A stretch of DNA of 64,000 nt from Camelus dromedarius (GCF_036321535.1 NC_087436.1:75456001-75520000), one strand, 5' to 3'; counted from the first letter of the stretch, positions 1 to 13,410 are shown. Program-made: numbers and translations. Notes: generated from the letters alone by a model not told the origin.

Positions 1-631
1 AAGCAGGACAGTGTGTGCAGGAAACAGGGGTCACAGAGAAGCTGTGGGGAGCCACACCCCACTGGGGGTGCAGTGTTCAGAATTAAGGGTTAGGAAATGA
101 TTTGTCCTTGAGGCTGAAGGTTGAAAGAAGTGTGTTGGTTTGCAGACTCTTTGGAGAAGTCAGGGAGAAGTGGGGATCCAGGAGGAGGGTAAGACGTGAG
201 ACCAGATGAGGGAAGCTGGGGCTTTCTGATGCTTGACCAACTTGAGTGGGTGAAAGTCTCAGGACTGTGAGATTTGCCAAGCCTAGGGAAAGGGGAGCGC
301 CAGATGATGGGGTCTGCACTTTATCCCATCAGGGGTAAAGATGAGCCATAGGGTAGTTTTAAAGCAGAGAATAATAATGGGTAACACTCTTAAAAGAGGC
401 TTAGTGTTTAAAACTCAGCCAAATAGTATGGCAGTTTTCAACCCATGAGAAATAGGAATTTGGGTTCGGAAATCTCTGGGAAGATGAATTTCACTATAGT
501 CTGTGGTATCTTCACCAGTTCAATTCAAAGTCATCCGAGCAGCCTTTGAAAGGACAGAAACAGGTCTCTGTGAGATCTGTGCTATACTTGGGTTCAAAGT
601 TACTTCAAAATGGGCACATTTGACTTCAATT

Positions 632-1843
632 GTGTCCCATATTTTCACTGCAAACATTTTTGTTGTGAGCAGTTTTACTCCACAACTAGTTGGCATTGGA
701 CAATTTTGCTGTAAAAGATAAAATAGAAACAAAAGCAAAATAAAAGAAGAACATTAAAAGAACATACTGAAACATGAAAAATTAACAAAATTTTAAAAAG
801 ATTTTATTGTGTAAAATACAAAAAGCATTTGAACATATTTAAAATGCGTGTAGATTAATGGTTATAGTTGTATCAGGTGTATCTTAGAGAAAGCGGTGAT
901 ACTTCCTTTCTCAAATCCATCGTTAAGGATTCAGGATCTAACATCCAGCATAAGTTCTTTACGATATTAAAAAAAAGATCTGCTGTTAAGTCTGTTCAGA
1001 TTCCCCTGGAAGTAAAACAAACAGACGAGGGATGCTGTTATTTCCCATCAGTACACACAGTGTGTATAACTGGTGGTGCACATCTGGACTACATTGAAAC
1101 GTTCCAGCACATGCCCAGTCCTTACACTCCACCAAGTCATCTAAGTCAGAGTCTGCACCAAACCCCAAATTCTGTCTACATCATGTCCTCCACTATCAAA
1201 TGGTGAAAAATCTTCACCATTTTCAAGAAACTTATCAGGAGTCGGGTAATGATTTCTTTCTGAGGAGACAGGAGAAGCTTGATTCTTCTTTTGCCTCCAG
1301 TTTCTAATATTATCTGATAAATTTGGTAAAGACGGCGTTAGAGAACATGACATTGAATCTAAATTAGCCAAAGAATTGAACATTGATGCTCTGGAAGACT
1401 GTTGCGAATTAGTAGCCACCTCTTTGATACTCACCGTAGCTTGGTACTTTTGGTTTTGATGGGTGGAACGAATGACTGTGCTCAACAAAGGATTTGCAAA
1501 ATGATATGTTATTTTCTAGTATAGCATGCAGTCTGAGTTTATGCTCTCCTGTTTCACACTTCCAGTAAGTTTTCTCATCATCACATTTCATATCAAGTCA
1601 ATCAATATACATAGCTGTTATCATCTACTATTTTAAGCCCGCCACATCTACTCGTCACTGTGTAGACCATTATGCGGTTTACTAAGATTTCCATAATAAA
1701 AAAATGAGAGTATCTTGTCAACGGAGAAGGGAAACCAAACTGTCAACCAGTTATTTTATCTTTTACAGCTGAATTGTCCTAGGGCCAATTCATTGTGTGG
1801 CAAAAACTGCTTCTGGCAAAGATTCTTATGAAATACCTAGAAC
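632..1843 (-). mobile_element. Fossil Mutator/MULE-superfamily DNA transposon (internally deleted) with terminal inverted repeats
   Basis: Inverted repeat core 698-725 vs 1752-1779 matches 26/28, with weaker similarity extending out to ~632 and ~1843. The interior holds a disrupted FLYWCH + MULE transposase frame on the minus strand. Confidence 0.85.
860..1670 (-). pseudogene. Disrupted MULE transposase: N-terminal FLYWCH zinc finger plus first half of the DDE domain
   Basis: From ATG 1670, across frameshifts and stops: MVYTVTSRCGGLKIVDDNSYVY / KCDDEKTYWKCET..KLRLH..EHSHS / LPNLSDNIRNWRQK..PDKFLENGEDFSPFDSG..DRI / DWACAGTFQCSPDVHHQLYTLCVL..IPRLFVLLPGESEQT / LDPESLTMD-FEKGSITAFSKI. These match the MULE motifs W-x-x-DGTF..QLYT and DFE. 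Confidence 0.85.
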
Positions 1844-2610
1844 AAGATTCAGTATGGATTCAGTATGCTGGTAGGTGGGAAATTGGAAAAAAATTTCTGA
1901 GACCTTTCTACACTGAGCCCTGCTTAAAATTCTCTGCTTATGACTATTACTTTCCTTTCCAGTTTGTTGAGAAATATCAGTTTCATCCATTTATGTTTAT
2001 TTAATACCCTCCTGTTCATAATCCAAAACAATCTGTGAGCTCCTTACATGTGCTTCACTTGTGCCCCATGCCTAGTGCACAGCTGAACATGCAACAGCCA
2101 CTCAGTGTGTTGCTTGATCTGCCTTAAAAATATCGAACTACTTACTCAAGTCCCTGTTCCTAATGAGCGTCAACATAGATAGTAGCAAAGTAAAGTGTGA
2201 GGTGCTGACAGTATCCGGTGGCAAAAGCTGCTCTTAGGATGCTGGTTGGTGCTAGTCCAAGTGCCGTTTTCCTGTGAGCGCGCTCTGATGGTTTCTGCTA
2301 GTTAACAGCAAAGAGAAACTTCAAGTCAGGGAGCAGCTTGTCCCCTGAGGTTTCTGTCCAATCGATTGTTTTTACTCCGGGTATCGACAGCTCTCTGCTG
2401 CATGCCCTTGTCTGTAGCTACGTGGGTTGACTGTGGTGACATGGATTACTGCCTCTCAGGGTTTAATCAGTGCCCAGCAAGCACCATGTATGCCTGTGAC
2501 TTTCCTTTGCCTTTTAATTGTTCAGGCTGTGGGGCTGTTGATGGTGCCGCTTTCGTGTGCTCATACCTTGACGGATCAGTTTTTAACTCAGAGCTTATGC
2601 TTCTTTGCAG

Positions 2611-2718
2611 GATGCCACCATTTGGAAGCCTGATTCATGCCAGAACTGCCGTTGCCATGGTGATATTGTTATCTGCAAACCTGCTGTTTGCAGAAACCCT
2701 CAGTGTGCCTTTGAGAAG
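2611..2718 (+). CDS. FRAS1: FRAS1 exon 3 equivalent, 108 nt, VWC1 (DATIWKPDSCQNCRCHGDIVICKPAVCRNPQCAFEK)
   Basis: ttctttgcag|GAT acceptor, AAG|gtatgg donor; peptide recognised as the FRAS1 N-terminal VWC repeat; phase 0-0. Confidence 0.97.
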
Positions 2719-2879
2719 GTATGGTATCCTAATTGTTTTCTAAGTGTAAAGTCAGGGAAGGTAGGGTTTTTGCATTTTTTCAGTCTTCTGGCTTTGACAT
2801 TTATCCCCATCCTTACTTGCAAGCTTTATGAAATGCAGGAGAGAATTTTAAACATATCATATCTAACAATATCTTAATT

Positions 2880-3100
2880 TCTGTTTATTGGGCATTTACT
2901 CTGGACCAGGCACTCAGGTAAAGGTTTTATAAATGTATCCCATTTAATATTCTGTTGGTTACTAATCTTTATCCCCACTTTGCAAGTGAGGAAAGTGAAG
3001 CCTAGAGATTTTAGGCAACTTAATATGATTATGCAATTAATAAACTGCTGCCCAGAGACCTTCCCCAGGTCTGACAGATGTCAAAGCCATCACACCATTT
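2880..3100 (-). mobile_element. MIR SINE (ancient)
   Basis: MIR core-like ccccactttgcaagtgaggaaagtgaagcctagaga plus a tttattgggcatttac end; approximate limits. Confidence 0.7.
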
Positions 3101-3906
3101 TACAAGCCATTGAATGTGTTGAAAGTCAGGGTTGACTTCTCAAAGATGATTTTCTAAAGACATTATTTGTTGTGCCACTGGTGGTATCATTGTGCTGCCT
3201 TTGGGCCTCCTAGGATCACAGGAGACATTTTGACTCAGGAAATCTGGTATTTAACCAAGTGGGTGAGGGATATTTCCTCCCTTCCCCTTTGTTAAAATTT
3301 TTCATTTTTTTGACTACACATCTATTCTGTTTGAATTTTTTTTTTTTGAGGTGCTGACTCTTTTCTTTTTAAAGTGAACCTACTTACAAAAAAAAAAAAA
3401 AAAGCTTAAGCTTCAAAGTTGAACATTTGAAACTCCTTAGAGAAAACCAATTATTTTCTTTAAAAAGCAGTCTGTCAATTTCATGAGCACAGTTTATTTT
3501 TCTAATTTTCTCCTTCCCCGCCCCATAATAGTTAATCTTGAGTCTTTGTACCATCTAATGCTGAAAAGTTTCTGTTTGCTTCCAACATTGGAGCAAAAGT
3601 TCTATATATCTTTAAGAGTATTTCTGAAAATAGATATATTTCTGAGAAGCTGTGCGCACATCAAATGTAAGATTTGATAATATTTTGTTGTATGTTATGG
3701 GGCTTTCTATTTTATGGAGTAAATACTCCTAAAAGATCTCTATTTTGCTTGCTGAGTAACTCATGTCAGAATCTGAGCTAGTTTTGTAACGGCCACAAAG
3801 ACATGACCTTTTCCACGTCACGTGAATAATTGCAGTATCATGGAAGAAGCCCTGAATTAGTTAGAAGACATAGACTGTAATGCTGAAAACTAAATGTGTT
3901 CTATCC

Positions 3907-4222
3907 CAGGGGCCAGCAGACTAAATCTGGACTGTCACCTGTTTTTGTATGACTTGTGAACAAAGAATGGTTTTGACATTTTTAAATAGTTGGAAAAAAC
4001 CAATAGAGAACAGTTATTTTGTGATGTGAAAATTATGTGAAATCAAGTTTTGGTATCTATAAAGTTTTATTGAAACCCAGACACACTCATTTGCTTAAAT
4101 ATTGTCTATGGCTGCTTTTGTGCTACAAGGACAGAGTTGTGTGGTTGTGACATAGATTATATGTGGTCCCCAAGGGCTGAGATATGTACTATCTGACCCT
4201 TTACAGAAAAAGTTTCTGCCCT
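3907..4222. mobile_element. hAT-Charlie non-autonomous element, MER58B-like
   Basis: caggggccagcagact start, internal ctcatttgcttaaatattgtctatggctgctttt, and tttacagaaaaagttt end as in MER58. Confidence 0.75.
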
Positions 4223-4239
4223 TTTTTCTATACCAATTG

Positions 4240-5160
4240 TGAGTTTGCCCCTTCCTAATTTGTTCTTCTCCTGATTTTTCTCATCGCAGTAAATGGCAAC
4301 TCCCTTCTCCCACTTGCTCAGGTCAAAAAGCTTAGCATCATCCTCCCCACTTTCTCCCCCAACCCCATCCAGTACATTAGCCAGTCCCCCAGCTTTTCCA
4401 TCGAAAAACGGTGCATCCCAAATACAGCTTCTCTGCTCTGACTCTGGTTCCACCTGTTATCACTTGTTACCTGCATTCTCACAGTAGCCTCTTAACTTGT
4501 TTCACTGTTTTTGTACTTGCCTCTTTCTGTGTCATCTTGATATAGCAGCCAGGGTGATCCTATTAAAATTTAAGTCAGATTGCGTTGCTTCTGTCCTTAA
4601 ACCCCTCCAAGAGCTTTCAGTGGCTCCTCTTCTCCCTTTGAGTAACTTCTCATGATTTCCTGTAAAGGACTATTGTACCTCTCTGATTAGTGGGCTCCTC
4701 CCCTGCTCCCTCTGCTTCAGACACCACGCCTGCCTGCTAGTCCCTGGATTTGTGCCAGCCATAGTTCTGCCGTTAAGGCCTGCACACTCTGCTGTTCCTT
4801 CTGAAATTGTCTATCTAGTTATCTGTCTGTCTGTCTTTTTTGTATGTATATATGTATGTATGTATGTATGTATCTATCTGTCTCTCTATCTAGATCCTTT
4901 ACTTCCTTCAAGTCTTGCTCAAATGCCATGCTATTCAAAATTGCAATTCTCCACCCACTACCACTACCACACATTTCCTATTCCTTTTCCAAGCTTTATT
5001 TTTCTTCTTGGCATTAACTGCTATCTGACATACTCCATATTTTACTGATCATTCTTGTTTACTGTCTTTTTTATTCACTGTATATCCCCAGCACCTACAA
5101 TATCACCTGACACAAGGTAGGCACTCAATAAATATCTTTTGACTGACTGACTGAATGAAT
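4240..5160 (+). mobile_element. L2 LINE 3' fragment
   Basis: Ends in the L2 terminus cctgacacaaggtaggcactcaataaata..tgaatgaat; pyrimidine-rich L2-like body. Confidence 0.75.
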
Positions 5161-5164
5161 GAGA

Positions 5165-6230
5165 GATGAAGCTAGAGAGTTGGTAAGTTCAAGGTTGTGG
5201 AGAGCCTTGCAGGCTGTGCTGTGGAGCTTGGAATTTTATTTCTAAGATGATAGAATACTAATGAAGGTTTTAAGGCATGTGGGTAGAAGGGCCAGCTTTT
5301 TTTTTTTTTTTTTGAAAGATCTTTCTGGTTTTTCAAAGATAATGCATACTATTGGAAATGAAGAGATCAGTTCCGAGGCTGTGAGAATAACCCAGATGAA
5401 AGAATGAGTCCTGAATCAGAGAGAGGGCAGTGTAGGGATCAAGAGGAAAGGGCAGGCTGAATAAATATTTACAGGGTAAGTCAGCAGAACTGAATGAAGG
5501 TAGGAGGATGAGAGAAAGGAAGAGGAAAGACAACTCACATATTTATAGCTTGATGACTAATTGGTTAACTGAGCTTCAAACTGATATTGAGAATATAGGA
5601 GAATGAGGAGAAACATCCCATCCAGGAGGAAAATGACTGTTTCAGTTTGGGCCACGCTGAGAGTGAAATGTTCGTGGAAGAGCCAGGTGGAAATGTCAGA
5701 AACGCAGCTGGATATATGAGTCTAAAGCTCTGAGGAGAAGACAGGGTTGGAGATACAATGTGGGTATCATTAACAGGGAGACAGTGTGTAAACCTTTAGA
5801 ATTAATACGCTCATCCAAAGAGATTATGTGTAAAAATAATTGAAGACCAAGGATGGAATTTGGGGAACACAGTCATTTAAGGGGAGGTGAATGTAAGAGA
5901 GGAAACTTAGGAAGGTTAAGAAGGCATGGTCAGAGAGGTGAATGGTAAGAAATGATCAGAGAAGAGAACAGTGTTATGGTAGCCAGGAGAGTAGTTTCCA
6001 GAGAGAGTTTGTGTCAACACTGTTGATCCCAGGTAAGGGAAAAAGTGGGAGAAGAATTTAATATCATCCACTGACTTTGGCAACATTGAAGTTGGCGTCA
6101 GTAAAATGGCAAGAGTGGATGCTCTGTTACCAAGGTTTGAGGAGTGGATGGAAAGTGGGAGAAGGAAGGCCAAGTAAAGGCTACTCTTCAGGGAGCTTCA
6201 CTGAGAATGGAAGAGAGAAATGGGACATTA
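5165..6230 (-). mobile_element. L2 LINE fragment, opposite orientation
   Basis: Purine-rich L2-like motifs (ttcagtttgggccacgctgag, ggaaatgtcagaaacgcagctggatatatgagtct). Confidence 0.65.
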
Positions 6231-8699
6231 GGTAGACACTGCTACATTTATAAACTTTCTTTGAACCTCCCATCCCCAAGCATCAAGCCTCGTGTGTGCC
6301 GCCATGGTGCTTGTGTGCACCCTTATTACACCCTTGACCCAACTGCAAGTGCTTGCTTATTTGTCTGCTTCTTCCTCCAGACGCTTAGCTCCTTGAGAGC
6401 AGGAATATGCCTTCTTCATCCTGCAGCCCATCAAACGGCATGGCATGGAGCACACAGGAGATGCTTAGTCCAAATTTGTAGAATAACCAAACAAGGGAAG
6501 GGAGAGGGTTTTGTTTTGGATTTTGATATTACTACGAAAGAGATATGATCACCTTGGGAGTAAAAGGGGGATAACCTAGACAAGAGAGAAGTTATGGGGG
6601 AGAAGGGAGACAGAAAGACAGAATGATAGAACTAGAAGAGTCCTTTTGAATTTATTTCATCAGATTTTCTCAATTTATAGACAAAGAAACAGACTTTTAG
6701 TTGTTTAGTCACTTGGTCAAAGGCACAGAGCTAGTCAGCGGCACAGCCATGACCAGAATCTAGTCCGTGGCTTATGACCCAATGTAATTTCTACTCCACT
6801 ACATTTTCCCTTGTGTTTTTCTGGAGCATGTGTTGTTATTCAGACGTGCTGTGGTACACTTACTCATGGGGTACATTTATTCACGGCACAAGTTAATGAA
6901 TCACCATTGTACCCTAAACCAAATTATTATTGTTATTAATAGTAACTTGAGTTCCTATCTTTTTTTAAACTTTAAAAAGCCCTTTGTAATTTATGTTTTG
7001 CTTATGGATTGACTGGAAATAACGTAGTAGTGTCAGTGGCAGTTCTGATAGATACTTGTATCTCTCTATCATCTATCTGTTCATTCAATATCTATATATA
7101 AGAGATTTTTAATTCATACCCTGTATCCATGTGGAATAGCTACCTATGTAGTTAGACAAATAGGGTCAGAGAGAGACAGAGACAGAGACAGAGAAAAGTT
7201 GAGAGAAAGAAAACAGGCATCGGAACCTTGGCTGTCTACCCCCACTCTGTCAGGACCAATCTTCTCTTCAGGTTTTCTGGAGAACAGGTATGCACAGAGG
7301 ACAATGCCATGCAAAGAAACGCTGCATTACATCGTGGGGTTGCAGCTGCAAACGTTTGGATTATCTCATTTTCTATCTGTATGAAGTTCTTAGTGGAAAT
7401 TAGAGTGATCTATTTTCTACATTTACTGTCTCAGTGGAATTTAGGCAAGGTTAACTTCTATTTGGGGCTCACATGACACATTTGTGAATATTCATTAATG
7501 TTGCAGCATATGTAGCATTTTATAAAACCCCATATCATATAAGTTTTATCCCTTATTAAGCAGATAAGAATTTGGTGATCATTATTACTGATGTATTTAT
7601 CTGTTTAGTGGATTAACAGTTGTGAAATTACAGTCCCATTTCCCATCCACTTTTGTGCATGCTGTTATATAAAATTAAATTCTTTGGTAGGTACAATTTT
7701 TTTTAATGGAAGCAGCCCAAAATAACAAAGAAACATTAATACATACAAAACTTTTCAAATTTACCAGCTGAATTCTTTGTAGACTTTTATTTTGTGGACA
7801 AGTCATGATCTCCTGTTTATTGTAGGATCCTCTACCATTTTTGATCAATACCACGAATTACCTGCTTTGCCACATCCCTAGACTTGAAGAAATGCTAAGT
7901 GGAAAAAACAAGATAAGTCAGAAGATCTAATAGAAGGAAAATTGGGCCTCAAAGACAAATGTTTGTGCCATAGTTTTAATAACTTTTAGAGAAACAGATC
8001 CTTCACAGTGGCCAATAGATGGTTAGTTAACATGTGACAGCTTCCCAATAAATCCTAGGGTATCACATGGAGGCCCATTCCCTTGATAGTGTCACGTATT
8101 GATAGAAAACACAATTGCAATTACAGAAGCCTTGATAAACAATGTAGATCTTTTTTGGAGCCCAGGAATTCTACCCGGCTCCCCGCGGTACATGTGATAC
8201 CCCCACGGCAATGCTGTTTCCTCTCCCAGCTCTGTCCTTCGGTTACCTGCCCCGTGCGCTCTGCTACTCTGTGTCCCAGGTGAAAGGGAACAGTGGAACT
8301 TCAGCTCCCCTCTGCTGGCTGCATCAGGCCTCTGTAGGATATTAGAAGACCTGCCAGCTCTGTGGCCCCCCCTAATCCATGTCTTCTCTTATCCCTTTTG
8401 GGGAAATAGAGTTCTTCTCTCACCCCAGCTGCTTTTCTGGTGTGACGCACAGATGGAGCATTTCTAGTGAATAAAATTCTTCACTTCATTACATGTGAAA
8501 AGATGGAGACAATTTTTAAGGAAATCACTTTCACAAACGGGTTCGTTTTATCTTTGAGAGCAGCTCATCTTGACAGAGAATCCTCTTTGTTAGTTTATCC
8601 TGTTTATTGTTGTCACCCATGGAAACTCCTGAGATGTAGCGAATCTGACATGACTGTTTGCTGCTGCTATTTGACACTGAGCTGTTTTTAAATGCTTAG

Positions 8700-8792
8700 G
8701 GAGAAGTGCTTCAAATACCCGCCAACCAGTGCTGCCCTGAGTGTGTGCCGGGGACTCCCGGATCTTGCCATCATGAAAAGAAAATCCACGCA
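8700..8792 (+). CDS. FRAS1: FRAS1 exon 4 equivalent, 93 nt (GEVLQIPANQCCPECVPGTPGSCHHEKKIHA)
   Basis: aatgcttag|GGA acceptor, GCA|gtaagt donor; contains the CCPEC end of VWC1; in frame with flanking exons; not called on the + strand in the ORF track. Confidence 0.95.
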
Positions 8793-9281
8793 GTAAGTAT
8801 TTTCTGACCCGTGGTTGATTCTGTCTGTAGCTCATTGACAAGGGAGGGCTGAATGCTAAACTTGTGTTGACAAGAGAGGATTTTCTTTCTTTCTTTCTTT
8901 TTTGGTTTGGGTTGTGGAGGATCTCAAGCTCATTTGACTTTCTGTGGGCATTTAGATTTCTCGAATAAGATTAAAACTGTCCTGTTTATTCCATAGCCCC
9001 CATAAATATTTGTCAATTGAATTTGTGTCTGTAGAAAGAATAGTCTGAGAATGTTTGAGGAAGAAGCCGTGTTGCTGAATAGTGCAAGGACCAGCTTCCC
9101 TTTGGGTACCATGTATGTGTTTTCACTTGATAGTTACAAACAACCCTGAGTGGGTTAGTAGAGCAGATGTTATTACTCTTGTGTTAAAGATGAAGAAGTC
9201 GAATCGCAAGAGCTTAAGGTACTTCCCAGTATCTTACTAATAAGTGGTGTGACCTGGTCTTCTTACTCCTCATTCAGGATG

Positions 9282-9495
9282 CAGTTTCTAAACTTGAGCA
9301 CTATTAACGTTTTAGGCTTTATTTTGGGGGGCCATCTTATGTATTGTTGGATGATTAGCAGCATTTCTGGTCTCTACCCCACCAGATAGCACTGTCCGCA
9401 GTCTGACAACCAGAAAATGTCTGCAGGCATGGCCAAATTTCCCGTAGAGGGCAAAAAGCTCACTTCTCCCCAGCCCCTTCCCGTTTAGAATCACA
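9282..9495 (-). mobile_element. hAT-Charlie element, MER20-like
   Basis: ttagcagcatttctggtctctacccaccagat and gacaaccagaaaatgtctgcaggcatggccaaat match the MER20 reverse complement as recalled. Confidence 0.8.
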
Positions 9496-10359
9496 GTACT
9501 GGAAATCAGTACTAAAGTTCTTTTATTATACTTCCTCATTCCAGATCCTGTAGGATTAATTTAGAGATATTAAATACTGATTTAAAGGGATCATTGCAAG
9601 ATTTATAATAGAAATTATGAAAATAGGATGGCTACAGTTCATCTCCGCTTGTACCTACATGTTCCCTTGAGGCAGCAGGTGAGGTTGAATGTGATAGAAA
9701 GAGGCTCTTTGCTTTAATCCTCATCTTCCACCGGATACAGAACTTTCCCCAAGTTAGTGTCTCTACCCATTCAGGAGAGAGCATAGGTTAGCCGGATTTG
9801 ATATATCCACTCTAGGCTGCTATTCAGCGTGTGTACCTAAAACTCTGTGAGTACAGTGCACTTTCCCCGTGGGACAGGATCATCTCACTCGAGCCCCTGT
9901 CTCCACATTACCTGAGGAAGCCACTCTTTCACTTCTGCACAATGTACTGCCGAATGACACCCAAGCAGGATGTACGTCTTCACACCGCGTGTCATCCTGC
10001 GCTGCTTGATTCAGTCTGTGTTATGGCGGGTGATGGAAATTTGCACATCACACAAAAGGATCCCCTGTGAAATGGAAAGTGCTGCAGGGCAGAGTGATGA
10101 TGGAATTAATGCCAGTTCATTATGATTGGAACAGGTGTGTGGTGCAGGGTCAAGACCTTAAGCTGAATCTTTCAAGTGAGGGAGCCCCAGGATCCAAAAT
10201 AGGGCCAGGATCTGGAGGGACAACAAACATCTTAAATAAGAGGTGGTACCAGGACATGAGACATCAGAGTTCAATTAATCTTAGCACTCAAATGGCTCTA
10301 ATGACACTTGTCATTTGTTTGCTCGTGTTATGTTTGTGCACATGTGCAATCTTCTTATC

Positions 10360-10868
10360 TTTTTTTTAACTTTTTTTTATTGAGTAATAGTCATTTTACA
10401 ATGTTGTGTCAAATTCCAGTGTAGAGCACAATTTTTCAGTTAGACATGAACATACATATATTCATTGTCACATTTTTTTTCGCTGTGAGCTACCACAAGA
10501 TCTTGTAGATATTTCCCTGTGCTATACAGTATAATCTTGTTTATCTATTCTAATTTTGAAATCCCAGTCTGTCTCTTCCCACCCTCTGCCCCCTTGGCAA
10601 CCACAAGTTTGTATTCTATGTCTATGAGTCTGTTTCTGTTTTATATTTATGGTTTTTTTTTTTTTTTAGATTCCACATATGAGCAATCTCATATGGTATT
10701 TTTCTTTCTCTTTCTGGCTTACTTCACTTAGAATGACATTCTCCAGGAACATCCATGTTGCTGCAAATGGTGTTATGCTGTTGGTTTTTATGGCTGAATA
10801 GTATTCCATTGTATAAATATACCACATCTTCTTTATCCAGTCATCTGTTGATGGACATTTACACTGTT
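10360..10868 (-). mobile_element. L1 3' end (5'-truncated)
   Basis: Poly(T) followed by L1 3'UTR and ORF2 C-terminal motifs (ttccctgtgctatacagta, tatggctgaatagtattccattgt, gatggacattta). Confidence 0.9.
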
Positions 10869-10877
10869 TCTTTTACC

Positions 10878-10971
10878 ATTTTAAATTGAAGTATAGTTAA
10901 TTTACAATTTATGTTAGTTTCAGGTGTGCAGCAAAGTGATTCAGTTATGCATATATATATATATATATATA

Positions 10972-11012
<41 letters not shown>

Positions 11013-11241
11013 TTTTTCAGATTCTTTTCTTTTATAGGTTATTGCAAGATATTGAATATAGTTCCCTGTGCTATACAGTAGGTCCCTATTTATTTTATAT
11101 ATAGTAGTTTGTATCTGCTAATCCCAAACTCTTAATTTATCCCTCCCCACCCTCTCTGCTTTCCCCTTTGGTAATCATAAGTTTGTTTTCTATGTCTGTG
11201 AGTCTATTTCTGTTTTGTAAATAAGTTCATCTGTATCATTT
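10878..11241 (-). mobile_element. Second L1 3'UTR fragment, directly adjacent to the first
   Basis: ttgaagtatagtt..gcaaagtgattcagttat..gttccctgtgctatacagtagg..cataagtttgttttctatgtctgtgagtct. Confidence 0.9.
10951..11010. repeat. Compound (AT)n(GT)n(AT)n microsatellite inside an L1 3'UTR
   Basis: Read directly. Confidence 0.95.
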
Positions 11242-13410
11242 AAGAGGCCTGATAGCATGGACAATTTTTTTCTATCTTTATAGTGATCTTCCTTGCCTCC
11301 CAGGTGAGACACCTGGCACTTGGCAGTGAACTTGTCCCAATAGGTGCTCAATAAAGATCAATGACTGGAGGACTCAAACAAGAGTAAATCCCTCCTCCAG
11401 CTTATCCATGTCCTTGTCCCAAGGGTATATTGTTCATTTGTGCGGTGGGTCGGTTCAGGGACCACAGATCTGCCTATGCGTTAGCTAGAAATCCACTTGG
11501 CCTCCTACTTTTTCTGGAAGAGTTTAAAAAGTCCTCCTCCCTGCCTCCCTTGCACTTCCCCCCTTCTGCTGTACCGCATCACGCAGAAAGCTCTAAACCA
11601 GCTAAGATAGGTCCATGCGTTGTTTTCCCACATGCAACTCTCAAAATATACTCCCCCAGAAAGTGTTATAATTAAGTTTCTGGTACTTGATGTAACTGAG
11701 AAGAAGTCTGAATTTCAGGAACTGTGGCTTGAAGGAGAAATAGTTTCTGGTGGTCTACTTCAAATAGGAATAGAAGAATGGTTTTTTTCAAATTGAAACA
11801 AAAGTCTCCAATTTTAGTCTTAATAAAGTTAAAGTGATCGTGTTTCTTGTCTTCCTGTCCTTCCTTTCTCTCTTTCTTTCTTCACCTTTCTAGATTGTTG
11901 CCAAAATCTTGTTATTATTATTCATTTTCTTGAGTGGGTGAAATGCTTGTCTGGGTTGGGACTGAGACTCACCTTGTCACTTGCATCACTATATTTCTTC
12001 CTGACTCTTGGAGCCTTTTCTGTCTTGCCCTGTCTGCTTGCTTGGGAAGCAGTTTCCAGAGCACTTTCCTGTCCCACTAAAAACAGTGGTAATTCTCTCT
12101 CTTTAGCCTCTGGCTTGCCTCGCGTGGGGTGGATTATGAGACTTTCTTCCAGTAGCTATAAAATAGCCTGGTGTTTTAAGAACTTTGGAATGGCGAAGTG
12201 AAGCTTCCCCCTAAGAGAGAGATTCAGAAGAGGCTTTAGGATAGAGTGAGTGTGGTGTTGGAGTGATGCCATCTCCAGAGAATGGAGCTGAAAGGAAGGA
12301 AAGTAAAGGATGGTCTGAGCTCCGGGCCATGTGAGGAGGCCACCTTTAGTGAAACAGCCATGCCTGGCAAGCGGACCTCCTTTGCGGGCATTGTGGGCAG
12401 CACCTTATACAACTGGCATTCCAGCAAGTCAAGACAAGTCCCCACATCTTTCTTGGAGGGAGGAAAACTCTTGAGCCTTTTGGCTGACTCCAGGTTATTT
12501 GAGATTTTCGCATGGGCTTATTACAGCCAGCATTTGGGGGACCATTTCATCCATGACCTCCCAAAGCTATCCTTGCAAATGAGCTTTTGGATCTCTGCCC
12601 AGCCTTGCCAACCAGTTAAGGAGAAAAGCCTGAAATATATTTTCCTAAAGAGTGGGGGATTTCTTTTTCCCTGTTATTTTCCCCACAAATTAGCTTGTGA
12701 AAGGGAGGACAAAGGACCTTTAACCCCCTTTCTTTTCCTCTGTACTAATTTAACCTCAGCACCAGATAATATTGTGTCTGAGAAGATAGTGCTTGAAGAG
12801 TCACTGAAAAAGAAAGTGGCAGGTGGTGATGCCCCAGTGCCCACATCCGATTGAATCCGGAGCGTGGAGAGAGAGGTCTGCCTGTTTTGCCTGTCTGTGA
12901 GGCTAAAAGGAGAACTAATTTATGTGTGTGAGAGAAGAAATGAATATTGAATTCTGCAGCTTTGTTCTCTTCAAAGTAGAGGATGTAATTACAATATGCA
13001 CAGAGCATCCCTAGATATTTAGTATTCTGGATCTATAACTTTGTAATGGCAACAAATTATATAAAGAAAAATTATTTTTTTTCTTCTGTCAGTAAACCAG
13101 GCAAATACTTTATGACCTTATCTTTCCTTTGGACTTATGTCAATAGCCAAGCTGACTTGTTATTTGGCTATGCAGAAGAATATATTTAAGATGTTGTCTG
13201 CAGAATGTGCTTTTGCCCAGTGTCAAAATCTCATGTTTTCAAAAGGTATTGAGATTAAGATGGCACAGCTAAAACCGGGTCTTGTAGGAGCATTGCTTTA
13301 TGTATCCATTATTTCTTGATTTTACAGAGCTTTCTTTGCTGTTACAGTGCTAATGAAAAGTAAGACTTTTGTAAATGGGTATAGGGAACACTGTGAAATT
13401 TAAAATTGAG

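Noticed and set aside
3336..3413. T12 and A16 runs facing each other plus an aagcttaagctt palindrome
   Set aside because: Low-complexity pairing only; no TSD or element body.
4240..6230. Adjacent opposite-orientation L2 fragments as a dsRNA or editing substrate
   Set aside because: Both are very old and I could not see extended complementarity between them.
12282..12854. 190-aa plus-strand ORF with an ATG start
   Set aside because: No recognisable domain or Cys pattern; exons 4 and 5 join in frame without it; such a length can occur by chance in 64 kb.
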